Positions 1 to 12,900 of a stretch of DNA of 64,000 nucleotides are shown one piece after another. Position 1 is the first letter of the stretch. The number at the start of each line of letters is the position of its first letter. Location: NCBI GenBank assembly GCA_047495785.1, contig JBLDXI010000074.1:496001-560000 (forward strand), in the 5' to 3' direction. The notes under the pieces are model-generated. The model made no database searches. It saw only the letters and a program-made list of their open reading frames with translations, and was not told where the DNA came from. This DNA is from Lepidodermella squamata (taxonomy: Eukaryota; Animalia; Gastrotricha). Made by a program: the position numbers and the translations under genes.

Positions 1-3000
1 CGTAGTAGTAGTGCTCTCGGTACTCGTCGAGGTAGTTTCAGGGGTCGTCGTGGTACTTTCTGTTGAGGTGGTCGTAGTCTCCGTGGTCGTCGTAGGGGTC
101 GAAGTGGAAGTCGATTCCGTAGAGGTAGTTGTGGTCTCTGTAGTCGTAGTCGACTCAGTAGTGGTGGTCGGAGTTGTGGTCTCAGTGGTTGTCGTGCTTT
201 CTGTCGTGGTCGAAGGCGTTGAAGTTGTAGTCGACTCTGTGGTAGTTGAAGAGGAGGTCGGATATGTAGACGTCAAAAGGCTAGGGCAATTCGGGCAAAT
301 CTCCATCAGCAGCTCCGGCGTAGGGTCATACCACTCGGTAACATTGGTCGAATTCGTCGCCGGGATGAAGTAAATCGGCTTGCTAGCCAGCGGTTGGACA
401 TAGCTCTTGTTGTACCCCTCGCCAAAGCCAATGACCACAACCGGAATGCCATGCGATTTCAGCTCACCAGCTTCTTCCATCGCGTCCTCCTGGCTTGACG
501 GGGTGCTGCCTGTCATCAGGACAACGAGAACAGGTGCCTTGCGACGGTGGCCCCTCTTCGGAGCCAACACCTGGTACCGAACAGCCTCCAGCGCATCTCC
601 CGCCTGCGATTCACTGCCGAGATCAGTTGTTGGGTAGTAACTCATCAAAGCCTGTCGCGATAACTCGTTCGAACTCGCGTTTTCGATCAAATACTTCGGG
701 ATAAACACAAAAGACGCGTATTCAATGACAGCAGTTCGAAGGTTCATGCAAGACGGCAGATGGTCGTTCAAAACGTGGTTCATCGTCGGCCGGCCAATAG
801 CGTTGTAGGTTGCGTTGTCGAAGTACGACCGATCGATAACGAAAATTATATCGACAGAACAGCAGTAGGTCACAGTTTGCGGGACCACGGCTACGACTGG
901 CGGTGCCGTAGTGCTGGTCGTCGTTGTTGAGGTTGACGTCGACGATGATGAGGTCAAGTTTTGCGAGCAGAAGCACGAAATCATCCAGTGTGCGATTTCG
1001 TCGCTGTTCGAATTCGCGTCGACCGCTTTGTACCTGTCGGGCGAACTGGCGAGGGATTTGTAGTAGTAAGAGTCGTACATGTTGCCGATGCCGATCATTG
1101 AAATGACACCGCCAGCCATGCGCAGGTTTTCAGCTTCTTGAATGGCGCGATTTTGGAAGTCGGGATTGAAGCAGGAGAACACGTAGACTTGGGTCGGGTT
1201 GTTCAAAGACCGGCTTTGAACATCTCGCAATACCTAGAAATGAAAGTATTTGAAAATCACCATATAAACGCTAAAAAATTCGACGCAAGTATTTCCGAAA
1301 AGCCTATTGGATTGATGAGATTCTTTTATCATTTCTCAAAGAGGCAGCAGTTATACATGCGTTCAAGCTATCTTCCGACCAACTGCAGAAATTCCATGAA
1401 GCAATGGCGAACTGGATCCGAACGCTCATTTAAAATAGGGCGCAATCTTCCAAGCTTAGTTTTTCCTTTAAATTGGAGCTGGTATCATTCAAGAAATGCC
1501 AGATGACTAGTTTGCGGTTTATATAAAGAATAAAATGGGGTTCCGATAACGTAGTCATTTTCTCCGCTTAAAATGGTCACTGGTGAAGTGCGTTAAATGA
1601 GCGGTCCTAAAATCGAACTTGGCAAAACCAAACCCTAACCAATCCATAACCCTGACCCGAACCTCACCCAAACCGCCAACTCCAATGCCTAGCCATCGTT
1701 TTGCCGAAAAACACAGTTCTATGAAAAAATTATGTATGAATGGTTGTTTTGTCTCTGAACCGCACAAAAACCCAACAAAATATTTTCTAAATTGTTTCGG
1801 TCGCTAGAAATTTATGGGTCTTCTTTTAGCGGAACCAAATTTGCCTGTTAGCGGAACCTAGTTTTAGAATTTTCAGTGGGCCTGAAACCACTTTTCGAAA
1901 CTTCCTAGGATGTCATGATTGATCAGCATAATTCAATATAAATCATCTTTAAATTCAGCGTAAAATTCTGTATATGACTCATTCTTCGCAACAGAATTCA
2001 CATTTTGCCTTAATTTCGTAGAAATATTCGAAAATCGACCTTTTGCTTATCGTAAATTAGGTTCCACAATATGGAGATTTGGTTCCGCTAAAAGATATTC
2101 TGGAAATTTATTTCCGAAAGCATCATAAAAAAAGAGTTCACGTAGATTCCGTTCAAAACCTATTTTGGCTTACGTAGTCTATCTTGAATTCTTGAAATGG
2201 ACTTTTAGCAAAATTAACTATGAAACTATGAAACCGCAATACATTGCGAAATAACCAAATATTAAAACAAACCTGATGGTTGACAGTTGAAAAAGCCTGA
2301 TCAATCGCATGGCTGTAGCCCAACTGGTCGCCGACCTTATACGCCCGCATAACATCCATCTGCTGCTGCGTCGAATGGAAATCGCCATAGTTATACCGAA
2401 CCTGCGCCCTCGATCCATACTCAACATAAGCAGTGCCCATCTGGTTACTATTGCCAAGTTGATTAGCAAAACTCGTCATAATCGGCTGGATGGCTTCGTT
2501 GAAACTCGCCTGGTTGAAGCAGGTCCGATCGAAGACGAACACCAAATCGGTAGATTGGCACATATTCGAAGGCGTTGTCGTTGTTGAAGTTGAAGTGGTT
2601 GAAGATTCAACTTCAACAGGATTCGCTACTGCAACGGGTACGAATTCAGTCGTAGTCGGCGAAGAGGTTGAAGTAGATTCGGTCGTAGTTGAAGTCAAGG
2701 TTGATTCCGTGGTTGTTGAAGTTGACGTAGATTCCGTTGTAGTAGAAGTTGAAGTCGGAGTCGACGTAGTCGTGGAAGTCGAAGTCGGGGTTGAAGTCGT
2801 AGTTGAAGTTGAGGTCGAAGTTGAAGTTGGGGTTGAGGTAGTTGTCGAGGTCGAAGTTGTTGAAAGGATAGAAGCAGCCGGGTACATGGTCGCAGCCATC
2901 CATTTGCCGATATCTGAGCAATTCGGGTTCGAAGTTGGAACGGCTCGGAATAGATCAGGCTGGCTGGCTAGGACTCGAAGGTACTCCGAGTTATAGGCTG

Positions 3001-6000
3001 AACCTAGGCCAAGAACTGAGATGATTCCGCCGGCGTTGCGAAGGTTTTCAGCCTCTTGGATGGCTTGGTTTTCGAAGTCGGGATTATGGCATGTGAAAAG
3101 GTAGACGTAGGTTGGGTTGTTGAGATTTCGGCTGTTGTAGTCACGCAGCACCTAAAATTATAGGAATTACATTAATAACATTCGAAATACGTTTCAATAA
3201 TGAACCGCTGTAAATGTGACTTTACATACGAATTTGAAAACATTTTCCTTGGAACCTCGAAAATAACGCTAATTATGTTTTTGATACTTCAGATTAAGAA
3301 AAAATTGTATTGAAAATCTTACATTGTGATTAACAGTGCGAAGGGCATCGCCTGTCATGGAACCCTGGCCGAGATCGTCGTTGCCAACCTGGTAGTACTG
3401 CATGTTATTGCGCACCTCGTCCTGCGTATCGAAATCGCGATAATTATACCTCACATTCGTCCTCTCAGCGTACTCAACATAGGCCGTATTAGGCTGGACG
3501 CAAGGGTCCATTTGCTCGGTCAAACACGTCATCAACGGCTGAACTTGCTGGTTGAAGGTCTCCTGGTTGAAGCACAGCCGGTCGTAGACGTAGACGGTAT
3601 CAGGCTGGGCACAGACTGGAACCCGAGTCGTAGTAGGCGTGCTCGTTGTAGTCGAGGTGGATGTCGACGTTGACGTCGAAGTTGAAGTCGGGGTTGAAGT
3701 CGTGGTCGAGGTTGAGGTCGAAGTCGAGGTTGGGGTTGAGGTAGTTGTCGAAGTTGAAGTTGAAGTGCTAGTCGAGGTTGAAGTTGAGGTGGATGTCGAA
3801 GTCGAAGTCGAAGTTGAAGTCGAGGTGCTAGTTTCAGTCGTAGTCGACGGTTCTTCCGCCAAAATTAGGAAAGTTGTTGTTTCATAGGGCGAAACCGTTA
3901 GAGGCAACGGCGTCATTCCCATAATCATCCAACTCGCGATTTGGCAGTGGTTCGTGTTGGTAGTTGGCACGGCTAGGAAGTAGCTTGGTTCGCTGGCTAA
4001 GACTCGTAGCATTTGCGGGTCGTAGGTGTCGCCGAAGCCCAGCACAGAGATGATGCCGCCGGATAGTCGTAGATTTTCGGCTTCTTGAATGGCTTGGTTT
4101 TCGAAGTCTGGGTTGTTGCAGGTGAATAGGAAGACATTCGTTGGATTGTTCAAATTTCGGCTGTAAACATCGCGCATAACCTTGAACAAAAAGTACACGA
4201 AAATTTTATAAAGTGATTACATAAAACTGTCCCGATTTCAAAATTGAATAGCAAAGCTCAAAAAATGCGGCGAAATTACGAATTTTGACAAAAAATTACT
4301 GAACTAAGATTGAAATTAGTTGAAATAATCAGCAAAGCAGGAATAAAAATTCAACGGAGTCATTATTTTTCAAACCGTCTGATGATTCATCGAGGTGCTC
4401 ACCAAAAATGTTAACCCTCCGTTATTTTTACGGAATCTTGTTCAGCACCTTCGAAAACCCCTAGATGTCGATCTCCAGAAATTTCCAACCCTTTAATTAT
4501 CTGTTGGCACAGCTTTGAAATTCTATTAAAATGTCCCCGCTTTGAAAACACTTCCTCGAGCCGATTTCTTTCAAAATTGATTTTTTCGCACGAGACGATC
4601 CGCTGGGTCTTGATTAGCAATTTGACTCTACCCCCGTTGCACCAGCCCACATGGTTGGACAGGTAAGTCGATTTGACCTAGTTTCAGACAAACCTATTTT
4701 AGACCTATATTTTATATTTTATCAGACGGTTTGAAAAATAATGACCCAACAGAGCTCCAAAAACCCGAAAAACAGCGATGATAGCCGAAAAAGATACCCT
4801 TGAATATTTATCACGAAAACAGCCAGAAATCTCGATCGGCATTCAAATTCAAATTTAAATTGTCAACTTACATCATTATTGACGGTTCGCAAAGCATCAT
4901 GCGTCTGCGAGCTGCCAGCCAAATTTTGATCGCCAACTTGATACCGGCGCATGTAATTCCTCGCATCTTGCGGCGTGTTGAAATCGTGGTAGCGATACCG
5001 AATATTCGTACCCTTGCCGTACTCGACATAGGCCGTATGCATAGCAACACACGGGTCCATCTGATCAGCCATGCAGGTCATGATAGGCTGGATCGATTGG
5101 TTGAAAGTCGCCTGGTCGTAGAAACAGCTTCGGTCATACACGAAAACAGTATCTGGCGCGGCACAAATCGCAGTAGGGGTGGATGTATACGTCGAAGTCG
5201 AAGTTGAGGTCGATGTTGAGGTAGAAGTAGATGTAGAATTTTCTGGTGGGGCTGCGAAAACGGGAGCGGCAACTGGTTGGTTATCGTAATTATCTCCGCA
5301 TTGCAGGATGTCCAACAGCCAATCACACGCGCCCTAAATTAGAAAATTGAGAAAAAATATATTAAAACTCGAAAAGCCCCGCTCAACGCTCAATTTGAGG
5401 GTCCATTGAGAATTTTTCAACACTAGAATTTTTCATAGCATGGCTTTTCAGGTTCCGAGATTTTCTAAAATCTCACAGATATCGCCATCATAGGAAATAT
5501 ATTTCCTTAATTAGTTTCCGCTAGGGTCTAGTTTCAAGGGTGAGGTTTTTTTAGCTAATAGGCCACAGGCGATAATAAGATCCCCGGAGGTCGTTTTCCG
5601 CTAGCAAGCTTTTTGAGATTAGTGCCTTCTGTTTCAGTGGATAGAGGACTAAGGTTTGAGGCTAAATGACATCAAGTTGAACTAATTAGAGCTTGGGAAA
5701 AATATCATGCGGCAAGCAAACGTTGGTTTTTTAACCTGGCCAATTCATAGGCGGATAATTTTAGCCAGATTTTGGGATTTCCAATCAATTTAGCAGATAT
5801 TTTGCGCTAAGAGCGGCCAGTTTAAGATTATACTTCACCCTCCGGATTCGATATCGATTTCAAGTATCGAATTTAGGAATCAGGGATTTTTTCGATATCA
5901 GCAGTCTGGGAAAGAAGCATTAAAAATTACCTTAAATACCTGAGGGTACTAGGTAGCTAAAATGACAATAAATCCAAGGTCGTGTACGGAACTACTATCA

Positions 6001-9000
6001 ATCGAGAAAGGAAAAATTGCCAATCGAAAACAACCAGAAAAATTAGCGCTGGAAACCCAATTTCAATTTATTTGTCCCCTTTTCGACTCAAATAATTGGA
6101 AAATTCGGCTTAATCGATTTTCTTTGGTCGCTCAATGTTCACAAAGTTCTATTAAAAACTCTCATGGGTTCAACTTTTCAAATTTCACTCGTTTCTGAAC
6201 ATCCTAAATTACTTAAAATGTGGCTTCTGAATTGCCAAATTTTTCAGGCCTTGGATATCAAAATTTCCTCTCACCTGAACATCGCTTTCATTGCGGACCG
6301 GGTAGTAGTGACCAGGCGACGAGGCGCAACTCTGGGCCACATGCTGGTCGTACTGATTGCCGAAGCCAATGACAATAACCGTCGCATTAGTCGCATGCTT
6401 CATTTTCTGCGACTCCATAACCGCCTCGTCGCAATTCGACGGCTGATCGCCCATCATCGTGATAACATAGGCCGGACTCTTCATCCGCCTGCCGTATTTA
6501 TCCGATAGCGCGTGTTTCCGGCACACGTTGTAAGCATCGGCCAAGTTCGACCCGTTGCCCATCTGCTGGCCGACCTGGTAGTATTCCATCGACTGGCGGG
6601 CGCCTTCGTTCGTCGGGAAGAACATGAATGGGAATCGCGTCATGGCTGCTGAGCTGTATTCGATGTAAGAAGCTCGGATATCGACGCATTTCTCGAGATT
6701 TCGGGAGACGTGCTGCATGATGGGCTTCGCTTGTTTGCCGAATTTCTCGTTCGTGAAGTAGCACCTGTAAATTTGAAAGAATAAATGAAGTTCTGATTTC
6801 AGCCTAAAACTCAATTTAGTAACATTTTGAATATTTTCTTCATCATGCTCAAGTTCTGATAAACAAAATAAGCCCAGTACCGGCTGTTTTGAAAGAATTC
6901 TTCATAATTATTTTAATTCCGATAACTCATCAAAATATTGCAAGTTCAAATTACCATGGCTATACCGTAAGCTGGTCTAACTTCGGACAAAAACGTGTTT
7001 TTCGGGCTTCGTTATTCGAGGTGAACGAATTTTGTGACGGGCTTTATGTCAAAAGATGCGCCTTGAAAAACTGAACATTCTAGTATCAACTCCAGTAAAC
7101 AAATAATTTTTCCCGTACAGGAAACCGTAAAGGAAAACTGGTCCGGCTAACTTCGGACACAACTGGGGTAATTTCGGACAGCTCAGTGTGAATATTTAGA
7201 TTGGGGGCCAAAGTTCACATTAAAGCGAGATAAAATTTGTGAGCAGATTTAAAGTAAAAAAAATTAAAAAAAAAACAAAATGCATGAGAGGGACTCGAAC
7301 CCTCGATCGTGAATTGTGCTCCCAACGCAGCTGGTGCTGTTCTCACTGAGATATGGAATTTAAAAAATGTCAAGGTCGATTGGCATCTTTTTAAATTCTT
7401 TATAGTTTGAAGCTGTCCGAAATTAGCCGGGACAAAATGGGTTTTCTAAAGCATTTCCTGATCAAAATTTTCGTTTAAAAACGGTTTTAACATAACAGCA
7501 TTACTAAATCGATGGCGCTCTATCATTTCCGCTTCTTTCCACCAAAAAATACCTACTTGGTGAAAAGTTAGCAATTTTGGGTCGCGGAACATGCCTGCGA
7601 AGAAGTTGAGCCATTCCTCGCATAGATATCCGTTTTTCATGTTTCAGGTGTCATTTGAAAGACAAGACTCAGGGCTATCTTCTGCATTTTGAACGGCCTC
7701 CATATTCGCCCGGGTTGTGGAGGAATTTAATTTCAAAGTCAAAAGTGTCCGAAGTTACCCCGTCCGAAATTATACCAGCTTACGGTATGCTATAAGTCTC
7801 ATAAGTAATGCAACAAGAATGATACAGTGAAAATGGCCACTTAGGAATGAGAGGAAATTTCCGATTTAGGACAAGGCTGATGACCAGCAATAAAACTAGT
7901 TAGTGAAAATACACAAAATTGGCCCAGCAGGCACAAAACCGAAAAAATAATCGATCGGGTATTTCCGGGTTTTATCGGGTTCAAACTTTTTCATAAAACA
8001 AAAGTTTAAATTCTTTAAAATTAAAAGAAATTCAGTAAAATAGAGGATGAACGATGCCAAATGCCCTTGAATTTTGAAAAATTCACACACAATTCCTTCA
8101 AAAAAGTGAACAGAAAAATTATGTCGAACTTACGGAAAATAACTTCAGAGAGTTGATTTTCCCAAAATTGAGTTTTTCGAATTACACTAGGATCTGAACT
8201 TATACCACCATGTCTAATCAATTGATCTCACGTAATTTGGGCTATCGGCGATATCGATTACAAGTATTCACAAATCGAATCGATTCACAAATCAATGATT
8301 TTTCCAATGTCAGCAGTTTTGGAAGCGAACAATCAATCTATTTGATGTACAAGGTACCTATAATCCCAAATTGAAAAATCCCTGGGTCACAGGGGGCATC
8401 GGAAACAAAAACGCCGAGATCGCAAAGAACCTTAAAAAAGTTGAGCTGCTTAAGTGACCCTTTCTTAACCACCAAATCTTTTTGATTTACCCGATGTAGA
8501 GCTTTATCTCAATTCTTCAAAGAATAAGACTGATCGTTATTTTAGAAGTGCTCAAATTTCTAAAAAACATTAGTATTCCAATTTCAAATTGAAAATGTAC
8601 CTGTCAATGATGAAAACTGTATCAGGCGGGTAGCAACACGGAGGTTGGCCACTGGGCTGTTGGCCTCCAACCAGCGGAACAGCACTCGAAGTTGTAGGGG
8701 TCGACGTAGTAGTAGTAGTACTAGTTGTAGTACTAGTAGGTGTACTAGTAGTAGTCGTAGTCGAAGTCGTACTCGTAGTGGTCGAAGTCGAGGTGCTGGT
8801 CGTGGCATTCGGGCAAGACGCGTTGTTCATCTGATCAGCCAAATTGTCGATAATCGAACTCGCGTTGTTGCCGAAATAGTCGCTGTGGTAGTACAGGTTG
8901 GGCGTCGTCGCAATCGCCCTCGCTTTCGTTTGGTCGTACGTGTTGCCGACGCCGATGAATGCGATCTTAGCGCCGTCCTCTTCGATTTTCGTCGATTCGG

Positions 9001-9673
9001 ACGTGATCTCGTCCTCGCCGTAAATTTCTGACCCGGCTAGAACGACGACATAGGTCGGCGCGGAGGTTCGATGACCTTTCGAAGGGTTCAGTACCTATAG
9101 ATAAGATTCATAAATTCGAAACGAGTCATCGCTACTGAAATTTCCCAATTAACTGTTAGAGTTTTAGTTGAAGATACATTTACATTAATTTTCTCTAAAT
9201 TTTCAAAATTTAAATTTCATTTTGCCAAATTTGCTCCGAGCAGGCAATTTTTAAATTCTAAATTTTGAAAAGCGAATTTTTGCAACAGAATTTGGGCGAA
9301 AGAAACTGACCTGATTTCGGACAACTTCCAGGGCTTCACCCAGGAGGGCAAAAGTGCCTAGATTCATGCCAGGCTGGTAATTGTGCATGTACTCGCGAGC
9401 AGCCGAGTCGGGCACGTGTTCATCGAGCGGCGCCCGCAAATTGACATAGGAACCATACTCGACGATGGCTACCCGAACATCGGCACATGACGCCAATTTG
9501 TCCGCCATTTGACTCATCATCGGCTTGACAACCGAATCGCAGCGCATTTTCGTGAAATAGTACCGATCAATCACGTAGATAATATCCACATCTGGGCAGT
9601 CGCATGTATTCGGCCCGGCTGAGGCCGATACTATAAAAAGAGCCAATATCAACCCAGCGCTTGATAAATTCAT
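1..9673 (-). CDS. Gene B: secreted multi-VWA protein with Thr/Ser-rich linkers (>=6 VWA), paralog of gene A; 3' end beyond window edge
   Basis: Exons (minus, frame-consistent GT-AG): 9673-9311, 9094-8601, 6764-6275, 5333-4872, 4180-3323, 3151-2273, 1233-<1 (open to edge, so absent from the ORF track). Signal peptide MNLSSAGLILALFIVSASA/GPNTC. Repeated VWA strand motifs (DIIYVIDR, RVAIVEYG, ISVLGFG, LASxP) alternate with T/S tracts. Last exon translates VLRDVQSRSLNNPT...CCSVDIIFVIDRSYF...IPVVVIGFG then a TTTES tract. Confidence 0.9.
1822..2095. mobile_element. MITE/foldback-like element, copy 1
   Basis: Perfect 19-bp inverted repeat TCTTTTAGCGGAACCAAAT (1822-1840) / 2077-2095; interior alignable to the copy at 38005-38270. 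Confidence 0.65.
4357..4747. mobile_element. Non-autonomous DNA transposon (MITE), possibly Sola2-like
   Basis: Perfect 25-bp TIR GTCATTATTTTTCAAACCGTCTGAT at 4359-4383 / 4721-4745; termini GAG...CCC; flanks AACG/AACA (imperfect 4-bp TSD). Superfamily assignment tentative. Confidence 0.7.
6965..7785. mobile_element. Tc1/mariner-pogo-type MITE with TA target duplication
   Basis: TIR CCGTAAGCTGGT(C/A)TAA(C/T)TTCGGAC at both ends (2 mismatches); TA at 6963-64 and 7786-87; internal copies of the AA(C/T)TTCGGAC motif near 7149, 7170, 7414 and 7746. Confidence 0.8.
7281..7356 (-). pseudogene. tRNA-derived / Pol III promoter-like segment inside the MITE
   Basis: Minus strand: degenerate A box (ATCTCAGTGAGAACAGC), B box/T arm GAGGGTTCGAGTCCCTC, followed by T-runs; no good cloverleaf. 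Confidence 0.5.
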
Positions 9674-9927
9674 TTTTCGAGAAAAAAATTGCGGAAATAA
9701 AATTATGAAAAAAAATCCGCTCGTCAATGCACTAATTTTCTGGATCGTTTCAGCATCGTGTTAGTATAGAATAAATTGGCAATTAAATAAATCAGTCACA
9801 TGGCCTTTGATTTTACTGAGATGAATCACTCGGCAGTAAATAATTATCTCGAATACGAGATGGAAATTCGCGATAAATAATTATCTATAAGGGTTAGTTT
9901 TCAAAATATCGCATGCATAAAAGTCAA

Positions 9928-12900
9928 TTATAATCGACTCAGGGTGACATCTTGAGATGACGCTGGCGGCAAAACGCCCTTGCTCCTCAGAAGTTCTATA
10001 TCGCCGTTGTAGTGCGCCTCGATTTCGTCCTGCGACATGGCGTGGCCGGTTATGAGGACGCTGTCGATGAGGCCGTAAAATGGCCCGTAAATCGGGTCAG
10101 AGCCGAGCGCATAGTCGCACACGCCATACGCCAGTCGGCCCTTGATTTGATCGCTATCAGCTTGGCGCTAAAAAATTCGAAAAATTGAAAAATTAAATAT
10201 AAATGTAGATTAAATATAATGATGAATCGGTTGGAAAATGAGCGCAAACTAGAGCGCAATTAAAGATAAGTCTCAGCAAGTAGAAAAATAGCTTCGCTAA
10301 TTCTTGTTACCTGTTGTTTTGAACTTATGATGACGCCTTCTTGTTGTGTCTTTTAATTGTTACTGACCTTATTGTTTTTGTTGATTTCAGCCCTGGGTAC
10401 CTTCGCCATATGTTACAGTCGATGAAAGTTTGCTTCCTTTTCGAAGTCGCTGCTCTTTCAAGGTCTATATGCCTTCGAAACCCGACCGTCATGGCTTCAA
10501 AATCTGGTGTCTGGTGGGTCTCTGACCATATCTACTTCTACAATGGGCAAGTTTACTCGGAAAAATGTTAACGAGTAACGAATCCATCCAATCAGCTACG
10601 TGACTTACCACCACTTACCACCACATCACTTTCCGAATTAGCAAATGGGGACTTCCTTATGCTACCCATCGCAGATCATTTTCATAAATACACAAACCGG
10701 TGAGTACGCACAGGTCGTCATTTCCCCAGTCCCAGTTGGCATATCACAATTGCTCGACTCAAGTTTTGGGTTAGATGCTAACCGTAGAATATTATTTATA
10801 TCCATCTGACACAGTGATAAAACTGACTGCCACTGCGCTTGGCACTTCTCGGCCAGAAGATAAAGTGCCTTATGCGAACACCGACGATGTATCATGCAAT
10901 AGAGGAATCTCTTACTGCCATATCGAGTGGACTGCTTATTCTTCATTTTTCAATATTCCTGCCGGTATCACTATCAAATTTCAAACGAAACACAGTGCTT
11001 TGCTTTCAACACACTAATGCTTCGATTATCAGGGCTACTGGGATTCAAAGAATGTCGGAATAACAGTTGTCCGCATGACTGGTGATGATAGAATTCCATA
11101 TACTCTTCAACCTGGTGAGTTAGATAAGAGAGTCGTTTCTGGTTGCCAACGCGGTGTTGGAATTTCTACTCGTCCTCTTACAAGGTATGAGTGTGCGCCA
11201 TGGCGAGATGCTAGACTGCCCTGCTGTCACAATCGATTTTACTACTGGGGTCTGCAGCCCAAACTAAATTTTGATTACGAAGATGCATAATCGTACTTAG
11301 GAGCGACGCGAAAAGCCGCCTAACCATCGACTTCTTCGCCTGCCCGAAACAACACAATGGCAGTGATTGCGGCTTCCACCTGGTTACCAATCTGGCAGAA
11401 AGTCTTCACGGCAGAGATCCGGCCACAGTCGAATACGATGTTGAACAGCTGCGCCCATGGGCCGTTCACTTCCATGAACAGCAGCGGCTTATGCGATTTC
11501 CTTCGACTAAATTTCCCCAAACTCGAAAATTCCGATTGTTCCACCTGCCTAAATAGCTTAGTTTTAAATCTCTCGCCGCGATTTCGATATCGCCAGATTT
11601 AATCTGACGATATTACGACGATCTACGATCTGACGATATTGATTTGATTGAAAGTTATTGCCATGGACTAGCCCCCGGAGAGTTTGTTATCAGCCATATA
11701 TTATATATGCGATATTTTGCATATTCATCATCAGTATCTGGATCATCAGTATCATCAGTATTTCTACATCGCAATCATCGCTATTACAAGCGTGACTGGT
11801 GGGGTAATAATCTGTTCCTGCTTTTTATACATCCTCACCAAAACTAGAGCGGGTGCGTGCATTAATAAGAAAAAAAGAACAACGGCGGAAAAAGATGGTG
11901 GTGTAAAGTTGTCCAAATTTTCATATCAAGTTTACGTGAAATGTGAAATGACTCTTGCAGTAGTTTTTTCCGGAAGCAAAATGAAACGATACACGCTAAA
12001 TTTTGAAATGTCAGATTAAATCAATCGCTGGCGACTTGAAGCGAATAATAAGAATAAGAATAAGAATAATAGAGCGAAATTTCACCAAAATGGTATTTTT
12101 GTTACGCGCGCATCATTTTCCTCATGCAAATGTGCGCATTATTTGCGTAATATATGGCTGAGTAATATATGGCCGATCAACAACAATCTACCATTAGTTT
12201 GTGCTTGTTCGCGTCGAGCGAACAAGGCGCTGTCGATGAGAATGCTGTCACAGCCTGATCAAAACATCGGCTTTGTTTATACCTAGTTTGTTATGGCCTT
12301 GCGCCTTGCCTGTTACTTGCCTGTTACACTCGTTTCAACTCTGTTAACTTGGCACTGGACACTCGAAGTGCTTCGAATCATGAATATTCTTGCTCATCGC
12401 ATCAAGGCGGTCATTTTGACACCGGTCTCGAGGCGAAAATTCGACAAATTAAGAAAATTTAGTTTCCCATGTGCGAATAGCAAGGTTAAGCTACATTACT
12501 GCAGAACATGTCATATTTTGGTTGTCCCATTTTTTAAAATGATGTACATCTCGAAAATAACTGCTGCATTGTATTTGTCGATAAAAAACTTTCTCACGAC
12601 AATAACTATCTTGAGATAAATAAGTCGATGATGGCGCTCGCGAAAAAAATTGTTCGCAATTCTCTGTATGTCCTCGTTTCTCAAATATCTATAAATAGGC
12701 GCAAACGTTCGTTAACATCGACTGTTAATAAGTGAGTTATCGAATTTTTCAATTTAAAATTTGCTATGACATTGGACATTGGTGAATTGGCGAATAATAA
12801 CAATGACAGAGCCGGATGTGTTTTTTTTTAATTGCTTACATTGTTAGAGTACAGCTTGGCCGTTCCGCTTGAATAGACAAGGCAGACCTGGTTCCAGCCG

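Noticed and set aside
1622-1700. Telomeric repeat tract
   Set aside because: AACCCT-like units are highly degenerate and short; more likely part of a repeat element.
7281-7356. Functional tRNA gene
   Set aside because: Only the T arm is intact; acceptor and anticodon stems do not pair.
9251-10167. Genes A and B as one continuous gene
   Set aside because: A ends with a stop after LamG; B has its own ATG, signal peptide and exon 1 homologous to A's.
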